A stretch of 64,000 nucleotides of DNA from Microcoleus sp. (lineage in GTDB: Bacteria > Cyanobacteriota > Cyanobacteriia > Cyanobacteriales > Microcoleaceae): the NCBI GenBank assembly GCA_042408215.1, contig JAYFMW010000029.1:1-64000 (forward strand), read 5' to 3'. A program made the translations under genes and the position numbers. A model generated the notes under the pieces. The model saw only the letters and a program-made list of their open reading frames with translations, made no database searches and was not told where the DNA came from. Of this stretch, positions 18,385 through 28,356 are shown one piece after another (positions within the stretch are counted from its first letter, which is position 1; each line of letters starts with the position of its first letter).

Positions 18385-19227
18385 ATGGGATTTTTTCCAG
18401 TTGTCAAGTTCTTATACAGTCGCAATCCCTTGAGTTCTAGCACTACACCTTCAAGCCTGAGTTTGTGGAGTCAGAGGTTGCTCGCAGCAATTTTATTGGG
18501 CGGCCAAGTCATGCTGCACTTACTCACCCGCAAAATTAACCGTCGCAACACCCTCGACCAAATGGCAGCAGTCGGCCCAGAATCCCTGCTGATTGCTTTG
18601 CTAACTGCGGGTTTTGTCGGCATGGTATTTACCGTTCAGGTAGCAAGAGAGTTTATCAACCTCGGCGCAGGTAATGTCGTCGGCGGCGTTTTAGCCCTGT
18701 CTTTGACTCGCGAACTCGGCCCCGTTTTAACAGCGGTAATTGTCACCGGACGAGTAGGTTCGGCTTTTGCGGCGGAAATCGGCACAATGCAAGTCACAGA
18801 GCAGATAGATGCCCTGCTGATGCTCAGAACAGACCCGATCGACTATCTAGTAATTCCCCGCGTCATTGCTTGCTGCTTGATGCTACCAATTTTAACCATC
18901 TTGTCCCTAGTAACCGGCATCGCCGGCGGACTGCTGATTGCTACGACTATGTACGGTGTCTCTCAAACCGTATTTCTAGAATCAGTCCGCAATTTTCTGA
19001 CTCTGTGGGATATTTGCAGCGCCATAATTAAGGCTTTTGTGTTCGGTGGTTTGATTGCTGCGATCGGCACTAGCTGGGGTTTAACCACCACCGGCGGGGC
19101 AAAAGGCGTCGGCCAATCGACTACAACTGCGGTGGTGACGGCTTTGCTAGCTATTTTTATCTTTAACTTTGTGATGACTTGGCTAATGTTTCAGGGGACG
19201 GGCAGTAGCGTACTCAAAGGCTTGTGA
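18385..19227 (+). CDS. mlaE: MlaE/TGD1-family lipid ABC permease (start may lie further downstream)
   Basis: RELGPVLTA..GRVGSAFAAEIGTM.VTEQIDAL; GGAKGVG. Confidence 0.92.
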   Translation: MGFFPVVKFLYSRNPLSSSTTPSSLSLWSQRLLAAILLGGQVMLHLLTRKINRRNTLDQMAAVGPESLLIALLTAGFVGMVFTVQVAREFINLGAGNVVGGVLALSLTRELGPVLTAVIVTGRVGSAFAAEIGTMQVTEQIDALLMLRTDPIDYLVIPRVIACCLMLPILTILSLVTGIAGGLLIATTMYGVSQTVFLESVRNFLTLWDICSAIIKAFVFGGLIAAIGTSWGLTTTGGAKGVGQSTTTAVVTALLAIFIFNFVMTWLMFQGTGSSVLKGL

Positions 19228-19230
19228 TTG

Positions 19231-19423
19231 TTGGTGTAAACTTAAGACTGAAACCCATAATAAATGTCGCTTGCAGTCGAGTTTCGATCCCCCTAAATCC
19301 CCCTTAAGAAGGGGGACGTTGAGTGCTTCCTGTCCCCCCCTTGTTAAGGGGGGCTAGGGGGGATCGAGTTGCTCATTAGCAGACGGTATACTGATACTAC
19401 TTTTGACGTTAAGTTGACACCAA
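19231..19423. mobile_element. MITE-like element with GC-rich double-hairpin core
   Basis: TIR TTGGTGTAAACTTAA...TTAAGTTGACACCAA; core GATCCCCCTAAATCCCCCTTAAGAAGGGGG...AGGGGGGATC. Confidence 0.7.
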
Positions 19424-19486
19424 TGGCCTTTAAGCTAGGAAACGGTAAAATATAAACTGTTGACAAAATTCGTTTGACTTAAGCCC

Positions 19487-19879
19487 GTGACTACAACTAC
19501 CTCTTCGAACACACCGACAAATACGATCGAACTTGAACCGAGTTATGCGATTCCCATCGTCCTGGTGCTTGCCGCCGTGCCCCTGCTGTTCGTGCAGAAG
19601 TGGGCGAGTTTGCCGATTTCGCTGTTCGGCTTGTTTTTGATGTATCAAGCCGCCACCATCCGGCTGCAATTCACCCCAACCGATTTGGACATTTATCGAT
19701 CGCAAAACTTAATCCGCAAGTTTCCTTACCGAGAATGGCAAAATTGGCGGATCTTTTGGCCACCCGTGCCGATTTTGTTTTACTTCAAAGAAATTAACAG
19801 CATTCACTTTCTGCCGGTTCTATTCGATCGTAAAATGCTACAGACCTGCTTAGAACAGCGTTGTCCCCGTCAAGACTGA
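19487..19879 (+). CDS. DUF3119-family membrane protein
   Basis: FPYREWQNWRIFW.P.PILFYFKEINSIHFLP; conserved cyanobacterial mlaE-plsY context. Confidence 0.85.
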   Translation: MTTTTSSNTPTNTIELEPSYAIPIVLVLAAVPLLFVQKWASLPISLFGLFLMYQAATIRLQFTPTDLDIYRSQNLIRKFPYREWQNWRIFWPPVPILFYFKEINSIHFLPVLFDRKMLQTCLEQRCPRQD

Positions 19880-19938
19880 AAAAGTTGTTAATTTTAAATT
19901 TTTAACTTTTCCGTGCCCCATGCCGAACAAAATTTCCC

Positions 19939-21273
19939 ATGAATTTAGACGAATCTCCAACCCAAAAACCGCAAGCACAACCAGTCGCGCCAACCATTGA
20001 CGGCGAGTCAAATTTGCCTGTGAATCAGGATTTCGACCAACTCCCCTCTGAGACAGAGGATTTGCCAAGCGTTGAGGAACAAGAACCCATTGGCCAAATT
20101 CCGCCAGAAACAGACATCCAGTTAAGCGCGGCAGATTCCGAAATCGCCCAATTCGTTGACGAAGCAGTCGCCGAAGCCCAAATCCCGCCCAATACCTACT
20201 CCGGCACATCGGAGTCCCCCATAGCTCAAATCCCGCATCCGCAAGACTCCCAGCCAACAGCAATAGACGAAATGGTAACAGACATCCAAGAAAATGTTAC
20301 CGAACATTTGGTAGAGCGAGTCCAAGCATTGCAGCAGCAAGAACAAGATTTGACCGAAAAAATTGCCACCCTAGAAGCCGAAAAAGTCAAGGCATTAGAA
20401 GCATTGGGTGAGGCTCAATCCTCGATCGGGCGTTTGGTGCAAGACGGCTTGATTCAATTAGAACAGCGCAAACAAACACTGCAAATCGAAGTAGAAAAAC
20501 TCGAAAGGCGGCGCGATCGAATTCAAAAGGAAATGCGGACAACCTTTGCCGGCGTCTCCCAAGATTTGGCAATTCGAGTCCAAGGTTTCAAAGACTATCT
20601 AGTAGGCAGTTTGCAGGATTTAGCCGCTACCGCCGAACTCTTAGATTTGACACCGCCAGCGCCAGAAACACCAAAGCAAACTGCTGCTGACGAGTCTCAA
20701 TCCTCAGCACCAGTCAATCCCAAATTTGCGGAACAGGGATTTCAAGAACAAGCCAAACAAATTCGCCGCACACTCGACCAATATCGCACTCTCCCAGACT
20801 ACTACGGCCCGCCTTGGCAACTCCGCCGCACCTTTGAACCCATCCACGCCGAACGAGTTTCTAACTGGTTTTTTACCCAAGGAGGAAGGGGTGCTTTGCG
20901 GACTATGGGTTCGCGCTTGCAAAATATCTTGATTACTTCAACAATAGTTTCTGTGCTCAGAAGCGTCTACGGCGGTCGGGTGCGGACTTTGGTACTCGCC
21001 AACAGTCCAGAACGTTTGGGAGAATGGCGCCGGGGTTTGCAGGACTGTTTGGGCATTACTCGCAGCGATTTTGGCCCGGAACGGGGGATTATTATGTTTG
21101 AGTCTGCGGAAGCTTTGGCTCAAAAAGCCGATCGATTAGTGAAAGATGGCAAATTGCCCTTAATTGTGATTGACGAAACAGAGGATTTAATTAGTTTGTC
21201 GATGCTGCAATTTCCCCTGTGGTTGGCCTTTGCTTCTGACCCGCAAACTTTGACTACTGCTAAAGATTTTTAA
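19939..21273 (+). CDS. DUF3086-family coiled-coil protein
   Basis: FAGVSQDLAIRVQGFKDYLVGSLQDL, PDYYGPPWQLRR, ERLGEWRRGLQD. Confidence 0.85.
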   Translation: MNLDESPTQKPQAQPVAPTIDGESNLPVNQDFDQLPSETEDLPSVEEQEPIGQIPPETDIQLSAADSEIAQFVDEAVAEAQIPPNTYSGTSESPIAQIPHPQDSQPTAIDEMVTDIQENVTEHLVERVQALQQQEQDLTEKIATLEAEKVKALEALGEAQSSIGRLVQDGLIQLEQRKQTLQIEVEKLERRRDRIQKEMRTTFAGVSQDLAIRVQGFKDYLVGSLQDLAATAELLDLTPPAPETPKQTAADESQSSAPVNPKFAEQGFQEQAKQIRRTLDQYRTLPDYYGPPWQLRRTFEPIHAERVSNWFFTQGGRGALRTMGSRLQNILITSTIVSVLRSVYGGRVRTLVLANSPERLGEWRRGLQDCLGITRSDFGPERGIIMFESAEALAQKADRLVKDGKLPLIVIDETEDLISLSMLQFPLWLAFASDPQTLTTAKDF

Positions 21274-21425
21274 ATTGGTAATTGGTAATTGGTAATTGGT
21301 AATTGGTAATTGCTAATTAGTCCTGGACGCACGTACTACGATTTTCTGTCATTGCGAACGTAGTGAAGCAATCTCAAACCCTTGATTTAACGTCGAGAGT
21401 GCGTCCAGGATTGTAATTGCTAATT
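21272..21425. repeat. STRR (TAATTGG) tract with an inserted MITE (21319-21412)
   Basis: TIR AGTCCTGGACGCAC...GTGCGTCCAGGATT; REP-like cargo TGTCATTGCGAACGTAGTGAAGCAATCTC; STRR units on both sides. Confidence 0.7.
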
Positions 21426-21475
21426 ATGAGTAAAGGTTGCAAATTTTAAGAGTACAACAAATCTCAAATCAAAAC

Positions 21476-22156
21476 ATGGCTAGCTGGATAATTTTAAATG
21501 GTGCATTGCTAATCGCAGCTTACTTGCTGGGTTCGATTCCTACGGGCTACACGGTGGGGAAATGGCTGCTGGGGATTGACATTCGGGACGTGGGTTCGGG
21601 TTCGACGGGTGCAACTAACGTGCTGAGAACTTTGGGTAAGTGGCCGGCCTTGGGTGTGTTGCTGGTTGATGTGTTGAAGGGGGTAAGTGCGATCGCCCTG
21701 ATTCGTTACATTTATGCGATCGATTTTACCCACCAGCTAGCAACCACCGCAGGTTTAGAAAATACTGCAATTGTCATGCCTTGGATGGCAACTTTAGCAG
21801 GTTTATTTGCTGTTTTAGGCCACAGCAAATCTATCTGGCTGGGGTTTACAGGTGGCAAATCTGTTGCTACAAGTTTGGGAGTTTTACTGGGTTTATATTG
21901 GCCTGCGGGTTTAGGAACTTTGGGAGTTTTTGGCATAGTATTTGCGGTGTCACGAATTGTCTCTTTGAGCTCAATTATGGGTGCAATTAGCGTGGCTGGA
22001 TTGATGTTTGTTTTAAATCAGCCGCTAGCTTATGTATTGTTTGGAATTGCGGGCGGCGTATTTGTAATTGTGCGACATCGCAGCAACATTCAGCGACTGC
22101 TAAACGGGACTGAACCGAGAGTTGGGGAGAAATTGGAAACATCCGCTAGCGATTGA
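21476..22156 (+). CDS. plsY: Glycerol-3-phosphate acyltransferase PlsY
   Basis: YLLGSIP.G, GSGSTGATNVLR, GGKSVAT, RHRSNIQRL. Confidence 0.95.
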   Translation: MASWIILNGALLIAAYLLGSIPTGYTVGKWLLGIDIRDVGSGSTGATNVLRTLGKWPALGVLLVDVLKGVSAIALIRYIYAIDFTHQLATTAGLENTAIVMPWMATLAGLFAVLGHSKSIWLGFTGGKSVATSLGVLLGLYWPAGLGTLGVFGIVFAVSRIVSLSSIMGAISVAGLMFVLNQPLAYVLFGIAGGVFVIVRHRSNIQRLLNGTEPRVGEKLETSASD

Positions 22157-22190
22157 TCGGTAGTATTGTTGTACCGCTGGTTACAGATTT

Positions 22191-22282
22191 AAGACTTACG
22201 CAAGAGAGGAATTTTTACACTATTTGTGGGGGTAAGGTGCGGTGTGCGTCGCCCTACAGATGCCCGTCTGTGCGTAAGTCCT
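22191..22282. mobile_element. MITE of the AGGACTTACGCA...TGCGTAAGTCCT family
   Basis: TIRs present; related copies at 55536-55622 and 58008-58093. Confidence 0.65.
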
Positions 22283-22295
22283 GAGATTACCATTT

Positions 22296-22680
22296 CTATG
22301 TCCAATCTTCGATAAATAAACCCGCTATTTGTCCAAAATCACGACTATTTCGGGTCAACACAACCGCTTGATTCACCAGCGCAACTGAAGCAATTTTCAA
22401 ATCCATTGCGCCTAGTCTTGGATACAAGTTTTTAAGACGCTGAAACTCTTGCACGGCTTCCCCGTCAAAGTCGAGAATCGGGATAATGCAATAATTCATA
22501 AGTTGGCGCTTTAGCTGTTTGTACGCCTCAACTTGCTGTTCGACAGTCTTTGCTTTGGCTGCATAGCTCAACCATCCTCGCATCTGCTCCTCGTAGCTGA
22601 TAATACTCGTCGCTACTTGAGTGGGATTAATGTTTGCTAATCTTTGAAGCAGACGTTGTGCCGCGACTCTGACTTCTCGA
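22296..22680 (-). pseudogene. 5'-truncated PIN/VapC-family toxin gene
   Basis: ATSIISYEEQMRGWL...MDLKIAS.AL...LTRN.RDF...IEDW; the N-terminal LDT motif and start are missing, with an in-frame stop upstream. Confidence 0.75.
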
Positions 22681-22711
22681 TCGTAATTCCTGACTTATCG
22701 GAAAAATGGGT

Positions 22712-23139
22712 TTAAAACCTCGTCCTTCTCGGACGACTTTTTATTAAGATCAATAACAAAACTACCGAATTACTGTGGTTTTTTGTTAACATATTAGTGG
22801 TTTGAAAAGACCCGCCCGAATCAAAGATACTCCGAAATAAATAGCAAGGTTGAAAGTCCTGTGGGGTTGAGATTAGAAACTGGGGAAGCGGATGTAAGGC
22901 AATGGTAAATCCAACCTTTAACGCATTAATTAACAAATTTAACAAAAAGTTTAACTTAGTGAACGAGGTTAATCTTAAGTCGCGGGAGGGCATTCCGAGA
23001 CTTAAAACGGACGTGGAGACAGTGTAAGACTACTTTTTCAGTAGCAACAGTCTGCGAAGCGTCAACCCCATTCAGCGACCATCCTAAAAAGGTGGCGTGG
23101 TGAGGAATCCCCGTCCGTTTACGGCGGGGTGGATGTCAA
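22712..23139 (+). mobile_element. Internally deleted IS200/IS605-family (tnpB) relic
   Basis: LE-type hairpin TCGTCC-TTCTC-GGACGA (22720-22736); RE-type GAATCCCCGTCCGTTTACGGCGGGGTGGATGTCAA; 41-aa mini-ORF 22902-23027 ending REGIPRLKTDVETV. Confidence 0.7.
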
Positions 23140-23975
23140 TTACCCAATTCTTGAGAACGCAAATAAGCTGCTTTCACTGCTTCTATCAGCGCCGATCGAA
23201 AGCCACTACTCTCTAGTTTAGCAATGCCCGCAATAGTTGTGCCGCCGGGACTTGTCACCCGATCTTTCAATTCTGCTGGGTGCATTCCCGTTTCTTGTAA
23301 TAGCTTCGCCGTACCGAATACAGTTTGTAGGGCTAATTGAGAGGCGATCGCCCGTGGCAGTCCAGCACAAACTCCGCCATCTGTCAAGGCCTCGATCAAA
23401 ATCGCAACATAACCAGGCCCGGAACCCGAAAGGCCTGTCACCGCATCCAGCATATTTTCAGGCACTTCTACCACTTCTCCCACAGCCTGAAAGATGCGCT
23501 TTACCAATTCTAAATCCGCCGGTTTAACCAGTTTTCCTGGGGCGATCGCGCTCATGCCCGCCCCCACCGTCGCCGGAGTATTCGGCATCACCCGCAGCAC
23601 CCCCCGCCCCGGAAACGCCGGTTCGAGCTTGCTCAGCGGCACTCCCGCCAAAATTGATACCACCAACGCCTCCGACTTCGGATTAGCGGTTTCTCCATTA
23701 TTTCCCTGTTGGCGATCGGCACCCACAGCCAACTCCAAAGCCACCATCTCAAAAACTTGCGGTTTAATCGCCAAAAACAACACCTCTGTAGCGACAGCAA
23801 CCTCTAGATTGCTTGCTGTTGTTCCAATCCCGTATTTCTCCGTCAAAAATTGGCGGCGTTGGAGTTGTGGATCGCTGACCAATATTTCTGAAGGTAAATA
23901 AACTTTTTGTGCAATTAAGCGGGATAAGAGAGCTTCTCCCATTACCCCACCGCCGATCGTACCAAATTTTATCAT
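23136..23975 (-). CDS. proC: Pyrroline-5-carboxylate reductase
   Basis: IGGGVMG, RVMPNTP, GLSGSGP, VTSPGGTT. Confidence 0.97.
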   Translation of the reverse strand: MIKFGTIGGGVMGEALLSRLIAQKVYLPSEILVSDPQLQRRQFLTEKYGIGTTASNLEVAVATEVLFLAIKPQVFEMVALELAVGADRQQGNNGETANPKSEALVVSILAGVPLSKLEPAFPGRGVLRVMPNTPATVGAGMSAIAPGKLVKPADLELVKRIFQAVGEVVEVPENMLDAVTGLSGSGPGYVAILIEALTDGGVCAGLPRAIASQLALQTVFGTAKLLQETGMHPAELKDRVTSPGGTTIAGIAKLESSGFRSALIEAVKAAYLRSQELGN

Positions 23976-24083
23976 AGTTATTACTTATTAGTTATTTGTG
24001 ATTAGTTATTTGTCAACAGTCAACAGTCAACAGTCAACAGTCATAATGACAATGACTACTGACTACTGACTACAGACTAATAA

Positions 24084-24701
24084 CTACTGAGCCACTTGAG
24101 ATTGCTCTGCTGGCCAGACTGTCGGTGCCGCAGCAGCAGCACGAGGCCGCCCTTGGGCTGGTGGCACTTCATGAACCACACCAGACTGAGTTCTCACTTG
24201 CACGCAGCTAGGCGTAAACAAGAAAATACTTTCGCCAATCCGCTCTTGATGACCGTCAAGGGCATAAGTACCGCCCGCCACAAAGTCCACAGCTCTTTGT
24301 GCTTGGTCAGGGTCCATAATCGTCAGGTTCAAAACCACAGACTTACGTTCCTTCAGCGATCGAATTGCAGCCGGCATCTCCTCAAAAGTGCGCGGCTCCA
24401 TGACTACCACTTCCGAAACTCCGTTCATAGCTCCTGGCATTCCAATCACGTTATTCATAGCTGAGCCTACTCCCCCGGTTGGTGCAACAACATCTGTACC
24501 CGTCGATCCTACTACTGACCGCTCCCGCATTCTGCGATTTTGGCGACGTTCTTCTTCTGTGGCCGCCGCAGCCGCGGGGCTTGGTTCTGGCGGTTGGTAG
24601 GCGTTCTGAAAACGCTCCCCTTCCATTTCGTCATACTCGTAATCGTACTCTGGCTCATTGTTGAAGCCCACAAAATCTCGCAGCTTGGAAAAAATGTTCA
24701 T
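24084..24701 (-). CDS. sepF: Cell division protein SepF
   Basis: EPRTFEEM...VVLNL...[17 protein letters not shown]. Confidence 0.95.
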   Translation of the reverse strand: MNIFSKLRDFVGFNNEPEYDYEYDEMEGERFQNAYQPPEPSPAAAAATEEERRQNRRMRERSVVGSTGTDVVAPTGGVGSAMNNVIGMPGAMNGVSEVVVMEPRTFEEMPAAIRSLKERKSVVLNLTIMDPDQAQRAVDFVAGGTYALDGHQERIGESIFLFTPSCVQVRTQSGVVHEVPPAQGRPRAAAAAPTVWPAEQSQVAQ

Positions 24702-24985
24702 GATTTACGCTCCATCACGACTTGGCAGCCCCGACTATACTCGCGTTGCGGGTCAGTCGCGGGTCGCTGACTACTTTATATTCAACCCAAGTTGTCTTCA
24801 TTAGAAGATGTTATTTACCTATCTGCTATACAAAACTTGGTTAAACTTATCTAAGCTTCACCATTCAACTAGAAGTAATTTCGCTTAGGGTCTGCTTCCT
24901 GCTTCAACCAAGGGAGTCGGCTCGCAACTTGTCCACAGGCGTAAAATCGGGTTCAGCAGCGCCCTATTGTTCAAGGCTATCTTAA

Positions 24986-25651
24986 CTATCTAGAGCCAAA
25001 TAAGGTTTGTCCTAGCCGTATCATAGTAGCACCTGCTTGAATGGCCAAGTGATAATCTCCCGACATTCCCATTGAGAGTTGCTGCATTTGAATGTGCTGC
25101 AAATTTTGCTGATTGATTTTGTCAGCAAGTTCGCGGGTGCTGTTAAAAATTTCTAGGATTTGGGAGTCATCTAATCCTAGAGGAGGTATTGTCATCAAAC
25201 CTTGAATTTTAAGATGCTGACATTCGTCGAGTTCCCGAAGGTCGGCAAGTAGCTCTGGGACGCTCCAGCCATATTTGTCGGGGTCAGGCAAGATTTTGAC
25301 TTGCAGACAGACTTGGGGAGAGCAAGACATTTCCCCCGCCAAGCGCGAGAGTCGAGTCGCTAGTTTGAGGCTGTCGAGAGTGTGAATCCACTGGAATTGC
25401 TCTAAGGCTTTGGCCGCTTTGTTGGCTTGTAAGTGGCCGATTAAGTGCCAGTTGATCTCCGGTAAATCTTGCAGTTGGCTTTGTTTTTCGGCTGCTTCCT
25501 GAATCCGACTCTCGCCAAAATCCCGGACTCCGCAGTTATATGCTTCGCGGACAAATTCTGCTGATACTTGTTTGCTCACGGCAATTAACCGCACTGATGC
25601 GGGCAACTGTTGGCGAATGCTTTCGATCCGAGAGGTAATAGTCATAGGCAT
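24986..25651 (-). CDS. pipY: PLP-binding protein PipY/YggS
   Basis: LIAVSK, FGESRIQE, WHLIGHLQANK, LSMGMSGDY. Confidence 0.95.
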   Translation of the reverse strand: MPMTITSRIESIRQQLPASVRLIAVSKQVSAEFVREAYNCGVRDFGESRIQEAAEKQSQLQDLPEINWHLIGHLQANKAAKALEQFQWIHTLDSLKLATRLSRLAGEMSCSPQVCLQVKILPDPDKYGWSVPELLADLRELDECQHLKIQGLMTIPPLGLDDSQILEIFNSTRELADKINQQNLQHIQMQQLSMGMSGDYHLAIQAGATMIRLGQTLFGSR

Positions 25652-25746
25652 TTGAGGCTGAGAACAGGAGATGGCGAAAATTCCGACAGGAAGGGACAGT
25701 TACCAAGTATCAAATTACCAATTACTGATGACCAATTACCTATTGC

Positions 25747-26016
25747 CTATTGAAAGGTGCGCTTGTGAATTACCTGCAATTGCTCGTACTCTTGGTATTG
25801 GCCGCTGCGACGGAGAGCTCGCAGGCGCATTTCGACCATGAGGCGAGCGTCGGAGCGGCTGATGGGTTCAAATCTCAGACCACCCTGGCCGTTTGTCACC
25901 AAAAAAAATAGGCGCTGGGCGTATAGGGTAGTAAATAATTCCTGGCTGTCTTCAACCTGGGACACCTTGAAGAGGAGGCCAAAATTTGGATGATTAAGGT
26001 AGGTTTCGGTAGTCAT
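25747..26016 (-). CDS. pipX: PII-interacting protein PipX
   Basis: ETYLNHPNFGLL...LFTTLYAQRLFFLV; upstream of pipY. Confidence 0.95.
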   Translation of the reverse strand: MTTETYLNHPNFGLLFKVSQVEDSQELFTTLYAQRLFFLVTNGQGGLRFEPISRSDARLMVEMRLRALRRSGQYQEYEQLQVIHKRTFQ

Positions 26017-26059
26017 TCAGGTTCACAGTCGGTCAATTTTAGATTTTAGATTTTAGATT

Positions 26060-26515
26060 TTAGATTTTAGTTTCGCTGTCGGGCCCGACGGGGGTGGTGG
26101 TCGGCGGGCTGCAAAGGGCGATCGCGGTAGCTGTGCAGTAGTCTCCGTCGTGGCTGAGGCTCAATTGCCATTGGCAATTTCCCCTAGCAGAGGCTAGTGC
26201 TGCTGCTGTTCCGTGCAGTTGCACGTTTGGAACACCGCTGTTGAGACGCTGAACTTCTACGTCTGTATAGCGCAATCCCCGCCATCCCGTGCCTAAAGCT
26301 TTGACAATGGCTTCTTTGGCTGCCCAACGCCCGGCTAGTTGGTTGCAGGAAACTCGATTCATCTTACCTTTAGTGCTGTGCACAGAGTTGATTTGCCCGC
26401 AATCTCTTTGTTCGGCGGGGGTGTAGACTTTTTGGAGAAAGCGATCGCCAAAACGGTCTAATGCGGCTTGAATACGGGGAATGTATACGATATCTGTCCC
26501 TAGATAGATGTTCAA
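26060..26515 (-). CDS. acpS: Holo-ACP synthase (AcpS-type phosphopantetheinyl transferase)
   Basis: GTDIV.I.RI, LAGRWAAKEAIVKALGTG, LSLSHD. Confidence 0.92.
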   Translation of the reverse strand: MNIYLGTDIVYIPRIQAALDRFGDRFLQKVYTPAEQRDCGQINSVHSTKGKMNRVSCNQLAGRWAAKEAIVKALGTGWRGLRYTDVEVQRLNSGVPNVQLHGTAAALASARGNCQWQLSLSHDGDYCTATAIALCSPPTTTPVGPDSETKI

Positions 26516-26619
26516 CGTCTTGGAGATCTAAATATTTATCTTCATTACTTTAGCAGGAGTGTGGAACCAATCAATCCCAATTCTTCAATTCTTCAATCTA
26601 AAATTTCAAATCTAAAATC

Positions 26620-27618
26620 TCAATTGTCCCAACCCCAAACTAAACGGGCGCTCCAGAGGACTATTAACCAGCCGAGGGCTATCCAGTCTCTGATTTTTAA
26701 GTGTAACTGATGCCATTCTACACGGTGTCGATCGGGACTGGTGAAGCCACGAACTTTCATGGCGCTGGCTATTTGTGCCGCTCGCAGGAGCAAGTTTTCT
26801 AACAGTCGCTCGGCGATCGTCAACCAAACTTGGGCGGCGCGCCGAAATCCGAGTTTTTTCCAGTTGATGGCTCTGGTTCTGACCGATCGCACTAAATTTT
26901 GTATTTCTTCCAATACTAGGGGAATGAATCGCAAAGATAAAGTTAATGTTAAGGCTATTTCGGTAACAGGCCAGTTCCAGCGGCGCAGGGGCTGCATTAA
27001 GTTTTCTATAGCAGCGGTGATTTCTTCGCTGGCTGTGGTAAGGAGATAGAGGTTGGTACTGTAAATTACTGTGAAAAATAGGGTACTGACGTTGATAGCT
27101 AAATCTAGGGATTTGCGGGTGATTTTAATCGGGCCTTGCTTGAAGAGAATGTAACTGTAGTTTGTGGGTTGGGGGAGGGAATTTGGGATTTGGGATTTGG
27201 GATTTGGGATTGGGGAGTTAGAGCTTAAATTAAAAGGATTATGATACCAGGGTTTTGCTTGGGCTGGAGCCGGGAGGGTTGCGGGTTGTTGGGAAAAGGC
27301 TAATTCGTCGGCTGGGAGGCGGGGCTGGTGTTCGGATGGGAGTGCGTCGGGGGCGATCGCGCTGAGGCCAAATACTAAAAAGCAGAATAACAGCAACAAT
27401 CCCATTTGCTGTTTCCACACCCGCAGGGGAATTGATGCTGTTAGTGTCAGTATAATTAACATTCCTACTAGCATCAACCGCCAGATGGGATTGGCGAGGA
27501 TTGGCGCAATCAGAAATGTCATTAACCAGGCTAATTTTACCCGCGAGTCGAGGCGGTGGAGCCAGGTTACGGGTTGTTCTAGGTACAATCCGATGGGGAG
27601 CGAGCGCAATAAATCCAT
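26620..27618 (-). CDS. ecfT: ECF transporter transmembrane component T (CbiQ family)
   Basis: LHRLDSRVKL, LSLRFIPLVLEE, AMKVRGF; short in-frame STRR-derived stretch SPIPNPKSQIPNS. Confidence 0.9.
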   Translation of the reverse strand: MDLLRSLPIGLYLEQPVTWLHRLDSRVKLAWLMTFLIAPILANPIWRLMLVGMLIILTLTASIPLRVWKQQMGLLLLFCFLVFGLSAIAPDALPSEHQPRLPADELAFSQQPATLPAPAQAKPWYHNPFNLSSNSPIPNPKSQIPNSLPQPTNYSYILFKQGPIKITRKSLDLAINVSTLFFTVIYSTNLYLLTTASEEITAAIENLMQPLRRWNWPVTEIALTLTLSLRFIPLVLEEIQNLVRSVRTRAINWKKLGFRRAAQVWLTIAERLLENLLLRAAQIASAMKVRGFTSPDRHRVEWHQLHLKIRDWIALGWLIVLWSARLVWGWDN

Positions 27619-27626
27619 CTTGGCTA

Positions 27627-27750
27627 TTTTAGATTTTAGATTTTAGATTTTAGATTGATTGATTGGTGGATTGATTGATTGGTGGATTGATTGATTGGTG
27701 GATTGATTGGTTGATTGGTTGATTGGTTAGTTGGTTGGTTGATTGATTTT
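27627..27750. repeat. STRR (TTTTAGA) followed by GATT/GGTT-rich tandem repeats
   Basis: Direct reading. Confidence 0.85.
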
Positions 27751-28122
27751 TCATTTTCGATTCCCTGTGGGGTTTCTCGCCATTAAGGTTTTGATGGAGG
27801 CAACTGTCATAGCTAAAATTTCATTGGTTTCTGACATGATACTCCTCAAATTAGTGGCATCTACCAATTTAGCTTCAACTATCAGATCCATCCAATAAAG
27901 ACATTCATCTGCTTCTTCTTCCACTATTCTGAGTTTTGCAATTAAGTCTGCTGTGGATCTAGCACGACAAGCTGCTCGATAGTTAGCCCCTACAGAAGTT
28001 CCTGAACGAATTAATTGCTTGCCAATTACGTCGTAAACTGTATTTTTTGGCAGCGAACTTACTAGCTTAATTATTCTCAATGCTAGTTCTTTCGTTCTTT
28101 TTTTAAACTCTTGTTCGTCCAC
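27751..28122 (-). CDS. Four-helix-bundle protein (23S rRNA IVP/Avd-like family)
   Basis: QLIRSGTSVGANYRAACRARS.ADLIAKL.IVEEEADE..YW. Confidence 0.9.
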   Translation of the reverse strand: MDEQEFKKRTKELALRIIKLVSSLPKNTVYDVIGKQLIRSGTSVGANYRAACRARSTADLIAKLRIVEEEADECLYWMDLIVEAKLVDATNLRSIMSETNEILAMTVASIKTLMARNPTGNRK

Positions 28123-28356
28123 CTTGTTGATTTTAGATTTTAGATTTTAGATTGATTTGGAATTGTTCGATTTTTGATTAATTATGGATTCAACTCTCAG
28201 ACATAAAATCAGATTTATCTCTGACATTATACTTTTCAGAACCACAGGCGTCCCGCCTGTTCCACAAAGGAAGAAAAAATCAGAAAATCGCCATCTAATC
28301 ATATCATTAAATTGCGTTTTTTCTTCAATCTAAAATCCAAAATCTCAAGTCTAAAA

